From: Orbicella franksi
Lineage: Eukaryota
DNA length: 64,000 nucleotides
Assembly (NCBI GenBank): GCA_964199315.1
Contig: OZ116699.1
Coordinates: 18,910,001-18,974,000 of the forward strand
Reading direction: 5' to 3'
The notes beneath the pieces are model-generated. The model saw nothing but the letters and a program-made list of their open reading frames with translations. It made no database searches and had not been told where the DNA came from. Position numbers and translations under genes: made by a program. Below are positions 1-11,985 of this stretch, piece after piece (position 1 is the first letter of the stretch; every line of letters begins with the position of its first letter).

Positions 1-318
1 TTTCAGTCTTATTTCAACCTCTCTACAATGGCCAACTCTCCACAATGGCAACGGCCACTAAAACGCATTTAAAATGAAAACGACTGACAAATGGTGTACA
101 CAGAAGGTCACCAAACTTGATCTGTACCAGGATTTGTTGTTCTCTGTTTCTGATTAGTTGCTGTGTTATTGATAATATGCTAAAATAAGCGTTTTTTTTG
201 GTACTCCCGAAAAGATCAGGTGTCATATTACACCCCTACCCTCCATAACGGCCACCTCTCAACAATGAGCACTTTCCTCTGTTCCCAAGGTGACAAATGG
301 TGAAGAGGTTTGACTGTA
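1..318. mobile_element. Degenerate MITE (TA-flanked, Tc1/mariner-type ends), left end at the window edge
   Basis: Right end GAGGTTTGACTG-TA (304-318); its reverse complement TACAGTCAAACCTC resembles the left-edge CAGTC..AACCTCTCTACAATGGCC. An internal ACAA(T/C)GGCCAC motif recurs. Family assignment is from recall, not a database search. Confidence 0.5.
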
Positions 319-599
319 GTTAACTCAAAAGTCTATGGAGGTGCATGTATATGTAGGGCTTCTTCGATTCCAAAAAGTCAATGCAGTGCTACACACAATG
401 CAATGCAACCGGGTGCATCGGTACATGTGCACATGGCCCAGTATTAAAAATTGTAATGTGTAATTGTAAATGAATTGGGTGGGGTTGCATGTACTGGTAC
501 ATGTGTACTTGGCCAAGGATTAATTAAAAATTGTAATGTATTTTACAGTATTTATTATTGCAATTAGTCTTAGTGTACATGTTATTCCTTGTGCTGCAG

Positions 600-635
600 G
601 ATGATGACGAGGACAAGTGCTTGCTGCAGCTGTAA
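600..635 (+). CDS. Possible terminal coding exon (DDDEDKCLLQL*) of a gene lying upstream of the window
   Basis: Acceptor TTCCTTGTGCTGCAG|GAT at 599/600, a short open frame to TAA at 633-635, then AT-rich 3'UTR-like sequence. No homology recognised. Confidence 0.2.
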   Translation, partial: DDDEDKCLLQL

Positions 636-794
636 CTCTAGTGCTTGTGAGTGAGTAATCATTGTTACTGACAATATTATTTCCTCTTTTATGACTTGCT
701 AGAACTTGCTAGAACTTGTTGGGAAAGTATTGAAAAGTCTGTGGTCTTTGGTTGTGGCTTAGGGCTTAATGTTACATAAGCTAGTTACTTAATG

Positions 795-888
795 AAATGA
801 AACAAAACAAAACCAAGACAAAGCAAACGAAACAAAACAAAACAAAACAAAAGAAAACCAAATAAAATCAAACAAAATCAAACCAAAC
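795..888. repeat. Imperfect (AAAAC)n microsatellite
   Basis: Directly visible AAAAC/AAAAT/AAACC pentamer run. Confidence 0.85.
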
Positions 889-1048
889 AGTGCCTGTGGC
901 TTGAGGCATAATATTGCAGAAGCAGGCATTAATTACCAGGGCTAACATGTATGAAACAAAATTAAATGAAATTGAGCACAGGAGCCTATGACCAGAGGGG
1001 TTATTCTACAGTCTGTGGTCAGGAAGCCCTCATTTGAGAATACTTTCA

Positions 1049-1110
1049 ATGGAAACTACATTCCATCCAAGGGAGGTAGAAATACTTGAAGCCTCTCACG
1101 TTACAGAAAG
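1049..1110 (+). mobile_element. Degenerate 3' fragment of the SINE family seen at 57773
   Basis: CATTCCATCCAAGGGAGGTAGAAATACTTGAAGCCTCTCACGTTACAGAAA aligns by eye to GATCCCATCAAGGGGGGAGTAAAAATACTCCTAGTCGCTTCACGCTAAAGAAA inside the 57773 SINE. Confidence 0.55.
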
Positions 1111-2165
1111 AAACATCCCGCTTATTTCTTTGAAACGTCCCAAGAGCTGTACAATACTGATACAAAGGCTCAGCCATCTCAACTGTGAAGCTGTTTGAAG
1201 CTGATTATGAGCAAATGTTTTGGTCTCTCTTCTGCCTGTAATTTTTTTTGAGATTTCCATAAGGTATATAATGTAATGTACTAATTATAATTCTTTTAGT
1301 AACATTATGTTATAGTACAGTACATTATATTTAATAATAACAGAAGTATATCACCTAGGTGATATGCTTGTGATAATAATAATACATTTCATTACTTTGT
1401 GCTACATTGCAAATACTGTGTAATTTACAATACTGTACCCTGATAAGTAATATCTTAGAAATCGATTTTGTAATAATAAATAACAATAAAAAGTCATAAT
1501 GTTTCGACCACTCCAAGGTCATTTTCAAGTGTGTGTAGAAAATATATGAAATAAGCATAAATGTCTCTGACAGTAAAAAATAGTAAAAAATATCACAAAC
1601 AGTAGAATGCAATAATATATGTAAGATAAGTGATAAACATATTTACAGAGTTGAAGAGGGGACCTAAACCAGTGAGACAATAAAACAATACTAATAAGCC
1701 TAAAGAACTGATCTAAACAAATAATTTAGTGTGAATTGAATCACACTGTTTGTTCTGTGTTAATTTTAAAACTTTACTCATTGTCGTCTGGCTTCTTGTC
1801 ATGTTGCTCGCTAAGGTGGTTTCCAACTGCCCATCCTTTGTGTTCTTCAATTCATTGGTGTAGGTGTTGGCAAGTATAATTTAGAATACTGTGAATATAT
1901 TGTATGTAGAAAATAAGTACATGTATCACTATGAGGCTTATATGACTTGTTTTTAAGACTTTTGTGGTACCTGTGCAAATGCTTTGCCAACTGAACTACT
2001 TTTGCAAAGCTGGCTTTAGGAGCAGATCAATTTTAAGCCCATTTTATGCCTGTTACATGATATGACATAGTTAGATTGCAATAGGGTGAATACATGATTA
2101 ATAGTTATTGAGAAAATAAATTGTGTACTGTATCTGAATGTTTGCACGTGAGCAATTAGCAGGTA

Positions 2166-2555
2166 AATATTGGGTGTCGGTGTGCAGCGAGGTACTTGAA
2201 ACCTTTAACGTGTTTCACACCAAAATTTGCCATTCCCTACCCTATATTTAGACCCCACTCAAAACTCGATGCTCAATTTCAAACCTGACCCTTAAATTGA
2301 TACCCCATTTCAGACCTGCCTTATAATCAGTTCCCTTGTAAAGACCAGTGTTAAAGGCAAGTTTATACGCTTGTATAAGTACAGTTGTAGGCTGCAATAC
2401 TTTACAACGTACAATGTTGATGGTCTTGATTACAATGATAAAGAAGTAAATTCTAAAAACATACCTAAGTTACAGACCAAAACGGCTCAGAAAACCATAC
2501 CCTTTGGCGTCACACAAACCTATACAGGCCAGATAAGGTATCCGCTTCCCACGGG
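2166..2555. mobile_element. Degenerate non-autonomous DNA element (CCCGGGGG-TIR type MITE), left TIR eroded
   Basis: Internal motifs (TTGGGT..GGTGTGC, CCCTACCCTATATTTAGACC, AAAACCATACCCTTTGGCG..CACA..ACCTATA) and the end ATAAGG..CCCACGGG match an abundant anthozoan MITE family as I recall it. The overlapping ORFs are spurious. Confidence 0.5.
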
Positions 2556-3361
2556 ATTGAAGGCTAGTTTCACGAGCATTCAAACTGTGGGAAAAGGAAC
2601 GTACGCTGCAGCCACGCGACTGGGTAAAAAGAGAAACTATTGCGCGGAATTTCCTTGAACGTGAAATAGAACAGTCAGTCAGGCCTTTGCGATTTTCACG
2701 GCTTGGGCTCGGTTGACTCAAAAACCGGAATTCACCAGATGGATCACTATCTACGGATAATCAAGTTTGTTTTGTTTAAAATACTTAAATCCAACAATGT
2801 CTTATCGATTGTACACCCTTATCACTCCTTGAGCAAACGGTGCCTGTCTTCTTAGATAAGATAACTCAATTAATCTCTTCATCCGTAGATTAACGGGGTA
2901 ACTGTTGGCAGGCATTGACCCTTGCTTTTTCTTTTCAGTATTTTAATTTTTTATTTTACGCTTCTTGCTCTTCGAGTACTCTTTTTGCGCAAAAATTGGA
3001 TAATAGCCTACTACAAACTCTGAACGGAACGGACACGGTTTGTTCTAGATTATTTTGATCGATCAAAGGACGGCTGAAGCCCGGGGAGAGAACGTGACAG
3101 TGTCTCCCACGCAGCCTTTCAGCGCGCGCGCGAAGCCCTCTTTCGTGTGCGGCACTTTTCACCTGTTGCTCGTGACATGGCAACCTATGAATGTAGCACC
3201 TTTCATAGTTCACCGCCCTTTTCTTGCGACATTCACGGAGTAACGTGGAAAGCACTAGATTAGATAGAGCTCCCTTAGAACAAAAACTCTCACGTTTCAG
3301 TGAGCTCGTTACGTGATGTTAAAGTCGTCATCCGGTAATGTATCGTTGATCCAGTTACTTG

Positions 3362-3380
3362 CCTAATTAGGTCTAATTAG
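3362..3380. promoter_or_regulatory. Pair of palindromic CTAATTAG homeodomain-type sites in a CpG-rich segment
   Basis: CCTAATTAGGTCTAATTAGC is seen directly; function is inferred. Confidence 0.25.
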
Positions 3381-6300
3381 CAAAACGGCGATTAGCGCGC
3401 GAGTCCCGAAGTCTAACCACAACACTTTTGGTCTATTGAATACATGAACTGAACCAGAACGACGCGAATGGTTCAGCGTGTATTTTTTTCTAGATTCGTT
3501 CACCCATTCTTGTGGTCTACTCCGCCACGCGATCTCTTTCCTCTTCATTGTCGCGCCTCCGCTGAGATGGAGCAAAATCGACGCGTTCCGCGTATTTAAA
3601 AAAAGCTGAAATCTTGGTACGGTTTTGCTGCGTGGGATATCGAGTGGCGCAATCCGGTTCCGCCACAGGAAAATCCGTTATATTCGTTTCGTGTCAGGAA
3701 CCGAGAAAGCTGCTGAAGTATGGGAATGAATTATTTTGCCCCCCCCCCCCCCCCTGATAAATTCCACCCTTTCTGAAAAGTTCTTGCGATTTCATTTCAG
3801 CTGCAAATTAACGTGGATTCGATTAGTGAGATATCGTCCGAATCACCGGGAAATGACTGAGTTGGCCTTAGCAATTGTAGAGGGAAAATATGGTCAACTC
3901 AGTTATTTTTGGAAAGCGCAAAAATAGTTGAATGATTAGGCAGATTGTATAGCACGTACCTAAACTGTACTCGTATCTCATAGTGGTACTATAAACTTAA
4001 ATCAGCGATTCAGCGTAAACTAAATGAATCAGTGATTTCAAACAATGTCCTTTTTTCCGTTTCTACTCCATATGTATCTAACTTCAATACACTTGCTTTG
4101 TTATACATTGGATCAATCTCAAATAGCATTTCTCTGTCGTGTCGTTATTGAAATTTTGACTATCGTGTAACGTCGGAACAGTGAAAAAGTTGATATTGCG
4201 CTCGCGTTTGCTATTATTCTTACGCCAACAATTGACGTCAACGCAAAACCAACACGGAAACATTTTTCGAGCCGTTGTTTTCAACGGTTTCAAAACGTGT
4301 GTTTCAGCATACTTGTAATTGTTGTTTTTATTTAAGCTGAGCATAACTTCTCGCTCGGATAACTTTTATTTGTTTTTCACTTTTCTTTACGTCAACTCAT
4401 TTTCCATTGTGTTAAACCGTGTAGGTGTTGTTAAGTCTAACGAAGATCGCCCGAGGCTGAGATCAGAATAGATTCGTTGAAAAAAAGGAACTTGTGCTGT
4501 AACTCTTTTGGCATTTGTTAGCTGCTTGTTTCTACCGGAAAAAGTAAGATTTTAGAACGTGAGAGATACAGGAATGTTTTGTGCTACTTGTAATTTAAGA
4601 ATGTTCAAAAGGAAAACAAAACATTTGATGAGAAGTAAATCGATGTTGAGCAAGGGATGCCACACGCCGTATAGCCCTCATTAAGGTTACGTCAGTTTTG
4701 CGTTTTTTGATCAAAAGGAAACAGTTTGTTTACTTATTACTGTGTCACGAATGGCACAGCGTCACGAAAAACTCGTATTATTTGTTCTAACGCTTATCTA
4801 GAAAGACCAGCCTTGGTACAACATTAGAGAAGAACGTGCATACACAAATTTGTCCTGTTTGCTTGATTTCAGTTATTGAAATCACCCGAGAAGTAAACGC
4901 ATGACTTTCGATCATTGTCGCTACTTCACTCTACCATAATCAGGAAAAATTAAGTTGAAAAACGGTAGTCAGATAATCCGCTCATGGCCGCTTCTCATCA
5001 AAGCGGCGTCGTAGTAAAACGTTGTTTATCTGATGCACGTTTGGATTGAATTGTTATGTTCATTGTATGAACACGCTGTCACTTTTGGCACAAGTTTGTC
5101 TTTGGCTGATAGCTTAATGAAACGAAACCCTGCGGATGTCGCCGGTTTTCTCTGTGACATGTCGTGGCAACTCGTACGTTGGTCCATGTGGCTTACTTTG
5201 GCTTCTCTCGCAGTTAAGTTGGGTTTAATCAGATTAAACCGAGCTAGAGCTATATAACGTGCTTGAAGTCGGAAAGAGTTGTATGATGTTTTTAATAAGG
5301 TTAGAGTGGAATTAACCCTTATCACGGCATTTATAACTTCACTTGTGAAGGTGTGGTGTGGGGAATCGGAGTCAGTAGAAGTTTACTGAATTGCCTTTCC
5401 TTGTCTCCCATCTGTATAGTATCTGGTACTTTTTGCATACGTTAGTCTCTTTCCGGTGCTAGTAATAGTGGCGTTGTGCCTGTGACAGAATTTAAATGTT
5501 CTGGTGACCATGGGGAGGATTAACTGAATGTTTCAGTCTTCTCAATAATGAGGTACAGAACCAAGAGGAAACATAAAACCGAGAGGGAGGGGAAAGGCGG
5601 GAAAGTTATTTGAACATCATTGAAAATATGTCTTGAAACCTCCCTTATTTCATCCTTCACTCATTAACCAGCATTAGCAAAGACTGGATTCCTGAACCAC
5701 ATAGAAGAGTTCACAATTTAACTAGAGATAACTTTGCCATTCAGAGTGAGAATTAAAAGTTGACGACCAATTTTCTACAAGCAAGAGACCTCCATGCACA
5801 AAGGGTTCCGCACCACCTTAATTTTGCTTTTGATGCAACACCAAATGCTGATATAAATGGTTATCAGAGAACTGAGCAAAGCTAGGGAAATGGTGAAAAT
5901 ATAAATTGCTCTCTGTTAGCAGGTGAAGCGGATTTTCGTTCGGTTCGCCATTGACTGAGACTCCAAAGTTCGATTCAATGAAAATTCCCCTTATCGACTT
6001 CCATACAATTCTCTTAATCCTAGTGCTGAGAATTTGGTAGTACATCCAAACAATATTCTGTTTGTCGATACTGTCGCTGATATTTCTAGAATAAGGTCAT
6101 AGAAGTTGGTCTCTCTCTTGAGGCGGTTAACAGTCAGTCGAAGTTTAGAAGCGTGAAGTTTTTGAGCATAGAGAACATAGAGAAACACAGAAACACTGGG
6201 CTTTTGTGTGCCTTAAGATTTAGGGGGCTTCTTCAACGCTGAATCGGACAGCTTTCTGTCGGTTTCCTGGTGGTTTCCAGTTACTACTAAACCCCACTCA

Positions 6301-7124
6301 ACTGCGGCAGACTTACTGTGATGAACGTGATCAAGTTGATGAGATTCCGAGTGGGTGAGAGAACGGTACAATTTGGATCCTGGTGACGCAAGTGCTTGGC
6401 AACTAATAGTTACACTTAACTGTCACACACCCTTGAATGACGTAAGGAAGCATGATCTGTCGAGTAGAATATACTGCCATCAAAACATTCGATGCATTTT
6501 TTGTTAAACCGCGATAGCTAGGGCACGTAATATTTACACGTAATTTGTCAGTTCTGTGCGAGTATTATTATTTTTGAATAATTAAATTAAGTAAATTACT
6601 CATTCACCCAGATGCTTACAGAAAATTGAGCGATTTATTTATCGTTTGGATTGAATTTAATGTACGGTGTTGCGTTCTCTTTACCGTAGAGCCTAATAAA
6701 AGCTTTGCATGTGTAAACTCACGTTTTCATAGTAAAGGGGCGTGTGTTATTCGACTCCTGTATTTGAGTAACCACTTGAAGACTAAACTTGTGTTCAGAA
6801 CTTCAGATACGTGACTTCTCTTAAGATGTATTGCAAACAGGAACAAGTGGCTTTTGAATAAAGAGGTGAGAATCGGCCATATTGTTGTGTTTTCGTTTTT
6901 TAGGTCGGGAAGTAGGCTGGTTACTCAACCGTTGAACCCAAACAAACTCCTAATTGCCCAAAAGGGAGGGACCAAATCGACTTCCTTTGTACCGGCCTTT
7001 GACACTCACGTTTTTTTCCTTCATGTGCAATTTTAAATGCAACTACATTGTTGCTGATGAGATTTTTGGTCTTGTTAAAAATAGAAAACTTGGGTAGAGC
7101 TCAAATTGGTTTTGTGTTGTGTCT

Positions 7125-7152
7125 GTGGCCGGTGGCCGGTGGCTGGTGGCCG
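7125..7152. repeat. 7-bp tandem repeat (GTGGCCG)x4
   Basis: GTGGCCG GTGGCCG GTGGCTG GTGGCCG. Confidence 0.85.
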
Positions 7153-8145
7153 TTTCCGGCTTTATGTGACTCTGAGAGTGATTTGCGGATTTTTCGCTAC
7201 GATGCGTATATGCCTTGGCTTGCCGTATTCTTTTGACTTCTTAAGACAACCGAACGCGAAAGCACTGACGTTCTGTCGAGTGACCAAGAGAAATTCATGC
7301 CCATTACTGAATAAACTGTGGCTCTCAGTGATTGGGTACGAACCCTTTGTTTGTCCAATGTTGTAGCTTCACGTTTCCGCGTTCTGCCGGTTTCTCGAAC
7401 CAACCTTCTTGACGGCGGAAACCACTTTATCATTTCAATAATTAGATTTCTAGAGCCTTGCCAGAAAGGGATTTCTTTTATCACGAATTTTCAAACCAAG
7501 CGTGGAGGTAGGGTATCCTTGCAAGAACTTTGTCACGAAAGTTATCTGTGGTTAGCGTTTGAAGAGTGAAGCGACGCCTTACAGTACAACAAGGTTGACG
7601 GCACTGAAGCTAGTCAAGCGAAATGCCATTTACAGATGCGAACCCAATTTTAGCGATCAATTAAAAAGGTTACTTGAAGATAAAACATGATTTAGTCTTA
7701 CTGTTGAGAAGAAGCGGAATTAGGGGCCAACGACAATTCCGATCTAAAAGTCTTATCAACACTTTTCAACAATACATAGGAAGTTTGAATAAGTCTATCG
7801 CCCCAGGGGGCTTTCTTCTGTGATTGCAAATTGATTATAAATCAAATTCATCATTAAGGGTTGCAAAAATTTACTTCAAATGACTCTATTGTGTGTCTGG
7901 CCTAAAGTAGCAGATCGCAGAACGACTAATCAGATGCAATGCAACCTTAGGTTACGTGCATTTAGATATTTTCTAACATCTTTCCTACTTAGATGAACGG
8001 AAATTGCAGTTACGAATGTTTAAGCCGTTCCAAAGTTGACTAAATTCAACATGTACGCTCTCTTTCTTTTCTCAGTGTCAGACAACTTTTCGAAGAGAGG
8101 CGAGACAATGTAGAACGATGGAAGATGAAGAATGCTTGAAGGTCG

Positions 8146-8559
8146 TGATTCGCTGAAAGCAAACATGTGTCGTTCAAAACCTTTTTCCTTTTTCTTCGTC
8201 TCCAGTTTCAGTCGATTAATCTATTATTCTATGGGACTATTCCTCACGAGAAATAAGGCTGCCCAAGCATTGCAAGGTTGTCTTATTCTGAGTGCATTTT
8301 AGCACCTCCACAGACTCTTTATTACAAAGTTACAGAAGACCACGGTTTGAAAATCTTGATTCGCTGAAAGCAAACATGCTGTATCGATGATCAGAAATCT
8401 TTTTTCCCCCCCTTTTTCATCGTCTCATTCAGTCGATCTATTAATCCATAACTCTATGTAGCTATCCTTCACAAGATTTAAAGCTACTCAAACATTGCAA
8501 GGTTCTCTCGTTCTCGGTACATTTTAGTTCCTTTTAATACACTCTTTCATTACAAAGTT
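8146..8559. repeat. Diverged tandem duplication of about 190-200 bp
   Basis: TGATTCGCTGAAAGCAAACATG at 8146 and 8357. Shared internal blocks (TTCAGTCGAT, CATTGCAAGGTT, CATTTTAG, ACTCTTT, ATTACAAAGTT) are collinear in both copies. Confidence 0.85.
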
Positions 8560-11010
8560 TCAAATGCACTACAGCCTAGTAAGAGAGCTTTGTTAGGCGT
8601 GAGATTTCCCCGTTGACTCAGTTGCTGGCTAACGCGTCCTGTCATGCTCTAAGTAAAAGGCACTGAACTGAGCGAGGCCCGGATCAACTGGATCATGCAG
8701 CGAAGAACCCCCGTACTGTTTATTTGGAAAAGATACATTTTATTACCGACACACGATTTCCTTGATTGTAAATGATGTGATTCTACGGATTTTGCTGTTT
8801 TCCGTTTCATCGGAATCGAGTTTCACTCTCTTGAGTGATCCAGGACTGAAGCACACCTTGGAGACCGATTCATGAAGGAAACGTTTTGTTGCCACTGAGT
8901 ACATTTTTTCCGGATTTCTGAAATTGCTATTTTCCGTTGAATCATTTACTTATTTTACTCCCACAGTAACTAAAGACAGAACTCTCTTTGAAAAAGATGC
9001 GTTTTTTTATTAACAAAGGGCACACATTTTACTGTACCGAGTTAGAAAACCAGCAGCGTTTCTTTTGTTGGAAAGAACCGTTTCGACTAATGAGGGAACT
9101 CGCCTTTTCACATTACGGTTATATAGCGTTCTATTATTAGAGCAAGTAAATAGTTTGCTATTTTTGCGATGTTATCTTTTTGTTGTGAAGACAGCGCTTC
9201 CTTTAATTTTACGGATTTTTGATCATTTTTCAACACCTTTTTTTTGTTTTGTCGCTGTTATTTCGGTGTAAGAATTCGTGCTTCGGGTGAACGATTTCCG
9301 GCAGAAGTTGTAGGATACTAACATGTCGTATTTGGGTTACAATTAAGGAGAGTCATACTCGAAACGCGTGCTTAAACACTATGTTTCAAGCAGAAACCGA
9401 GACTGGTGTTGAAAGTCGGTTTTATTACATTTTTACGCTCAGCGTCCTTTTAAATTTTGCTTCGTCAAAATGTTTCTCTTTTCCACAATAAATTGCATAT
9501 GGATGTCATATTGCTCTGTTCCAGGTGCAATACACGAAGAATGCTTACGGTAGCATTTTGTGGTCTTAATTGGACAAATTGATATCACCAAATGAGTTTT
9601 CGAGGTTTTTGCTACAAAGGAAAGAATTTTCTAGCTCTTGAACTGAATGCTTGAACTGACCGACCAGTCAATGATTAATGACTGTTGAAACAGCACCGAA
9701 CATCCTTTTCCATTACAATGTTTTCAAACAATAACACTACTAAAAGTTATCTCTGTAATTTTTTTGCTTGGTTTGGATCGATGCCGGGTTGTTTGGAGTT
9801 TTGCATGAGAACATAACGACATCTTACTTTTCTATTTCTGTTTTAGCGTCAAGATTACTGGATATGGCCGAACAGCTTTCGTTGCATTTTTCGAACGTCA
9901 AGCTAGGTAACGGTTTATCAACTGTCCACTTGCATGCTTAGAATGATCAACATGTATTTTCTCGTTATAGTTTGAAGACATTTTCCAGCGGGCAGTTAAT
10001 GAGAATACCGAAAGTCATCAATTAGGCGTCTTCGATAGTATTGATGCTGACATTACATTAGTAGCAACTGAAGAAAGCTTTTTATCAAAGCCGGCACATC
10101 TGCTCCATGAAGTATACGAAAAATCATTAGCCAATTAACTATTTGTCTTCAAACTTTCTTAATACGTCATTTACAATATTGGGTCTACAACTGAACACTT
10201 AAAACGACTCACGAAATACTGTTTATTGAAAAATCCGCACCCGTTTTACTCTTGTCTATGTCAGTTATTCCGAAATTAGAATGTCTCGTAAACCATCTCC
10301 TAATCAGTTGTACTAACATACTTTCGCAAGTGTACAATTGTGATGTCTGATTATGATACCAGCAACGTGTCCGGTACAGCAGCCATCTCGGCGCCTCTAC
10401 CTTACCATATCCTGCGCATTCTGATTCACTCTTTTTATACCAAAACCACCAAGTGGAAAAGTACTGTCGCTGCAGTTGTGGCTCTGTTGATCGACAGGAA
10501 GCGATTTACCCAAATCATGGTTATTATCTCGAAGCTTTTGCTGCCAACTTTGCATTTCTTTTGATTTTGGGCTGACAGGCTGTACCTTGATGGTTTTCAC
10601 AACAGACATATCAACCGTAATCTAAACAACGTTGAAGTACTCTGTCACAAGTAAGCGTCTCATCTCGAGTGTGTATGTACAGAGTTCAATCAACGTGACA
10701 TTTCGGAGACCCCGAAAAAAAAAATAAATGAACGCCGAAAATTGAAACGCGTGTAAATGGAACAAAAACATAAACAAATGTTAAGGGTTGATTGATTGAG
10801 TCGTGGGCAGTCCTAGAAAGGAAAACAGCAAAGAAAACAGTTAAATGTTGTCTTTTGTCGCATCACAAGTTAATTTGCGGCCGTTTTCCGTTTTATTGAT
10901 TCACTCAGCCCAAATTGAACGCGATTGACAGAGCGCGGGATTCGTGTCGATAGAAAACAAATCTCGTCCTCCCTAGAGGGTGATCAAGTTGATTTGTGGT
11001 TCGTGACAAA

Positions 11011-11337
11011 GCCGACCAATGAGAGATAATACCGCGCACAAGAAGTTCTAAAGCCTCTTGTCATTTGTCATCAGTGACTGGGTGTGGACTTCCGTTTTGA
11101 GTGGGTTTCTTTTGTGTCGTGTTTATGTAGGGCATCATTTGCATTTTAATCTTTCGCAACGGGAAATTAAACTTGAGGCTCTAAAGCTTTTGTTGTGGCT
11201 GCCATCGTTCGAAGATCGGGACTCGTTGACGTTTCTGTTTGTGTCTCGATCGGTTTTGTTTCTCGCATTTAAGCTGCGATTAACTCGCAAACCGTGTGCT
11301 AAAGTTTTGTACTTGAGAGCGAGATACCAGTGCCTAC
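11011..11337 (+). promoter_or_regulatory. Probable sprouty core promoter and non-coding exon 1
   Basis: CCAAT box at 11016-11020 and Inr-like TCAGT near 11071. Strong donor TAC|GTAAGT at 11337/11338 pairs with acceptor TTTTTCTTTACTAG| at 11558/11559 (221-bp intron). Vertebrate Spry genes also have a 5'UTR intron plus one coding exon. TSS is not determined. Confidence 0.5.
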
Positions 11338-11716
11338 GTAAGTCGGTGATCGTTCACTCGTGGAACCGGAACTAAGTCCCGCCATAGCATACCATCATTT
11401 CCGCTAAAACAAGTTTATCACTTGAGGGATTTTAAAGCTTGAATTACAATAGAGAATAATCGACCTCGGCTAAATATAAATTACTCAAAAACAACGGACG
11501 ACAAAGGGGTGAGAACGAAAGTGTTTGGGTAGTGAAACAGCCAGTTTTTCTTTACTAGAGTGCTTCTCGAAAACATTTTATCACTCCGCCGGACATCTTC
11601 GGCTGGCGGGTTAATTGAATCTTCAGAGCTGTGGAAAGAAAAGGCAGGAGTACATCAAGAAATTTATTCTCAACTTGTCGAGGGTCTTTATATCGCGGAG
11701 AGATAATATTGATACG

Positions 11717-11758
11717 ATGGCTGAATCCTTGCTCGCTCTTTGTCTGTGGAAACATTAA
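11717..11758 (+). other. Upstream ORF (MAESLLALCLWKH*) in the predicted sprouty leader
   Basis: Only ATG between the 11559 acceptor and the main ATG; strong Kozak context ACGATGG. Confidence 0.45.
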
Positions 11759-11985
11759 CACTGTCGGGGAGGTTTCTTTGCTCAGTTTAATAGGAAATTC
11801 GCGGGAACTGTATTTTGGCAGATTTGATAAAAGGAAACATTAAATTTCCCAAGCTGATAATCGGAAGTGCCACGCAAGCTAAGCAAGACAGGCCCATTAT
11901 AATACAGTCACGACGTAGGACGCGTTCAGTTTGAATAAAGTGACAGCACAGGACGGTCGCGCGGCCGGCCAACACCGAGGGACAC

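Noticed and set aside
600-635. CaaX prenylation motif (CLLQ)
   Set aside because: An extra Leu precedes the stop (CLLQL*), so it is not terminal; the exon itself is weakly supported.
3739-3754. 16-nt poly-C run and ORF 3736..3927
   Set aside because: Simple homopolymer; the poly-Pro ORF start is an artefact.
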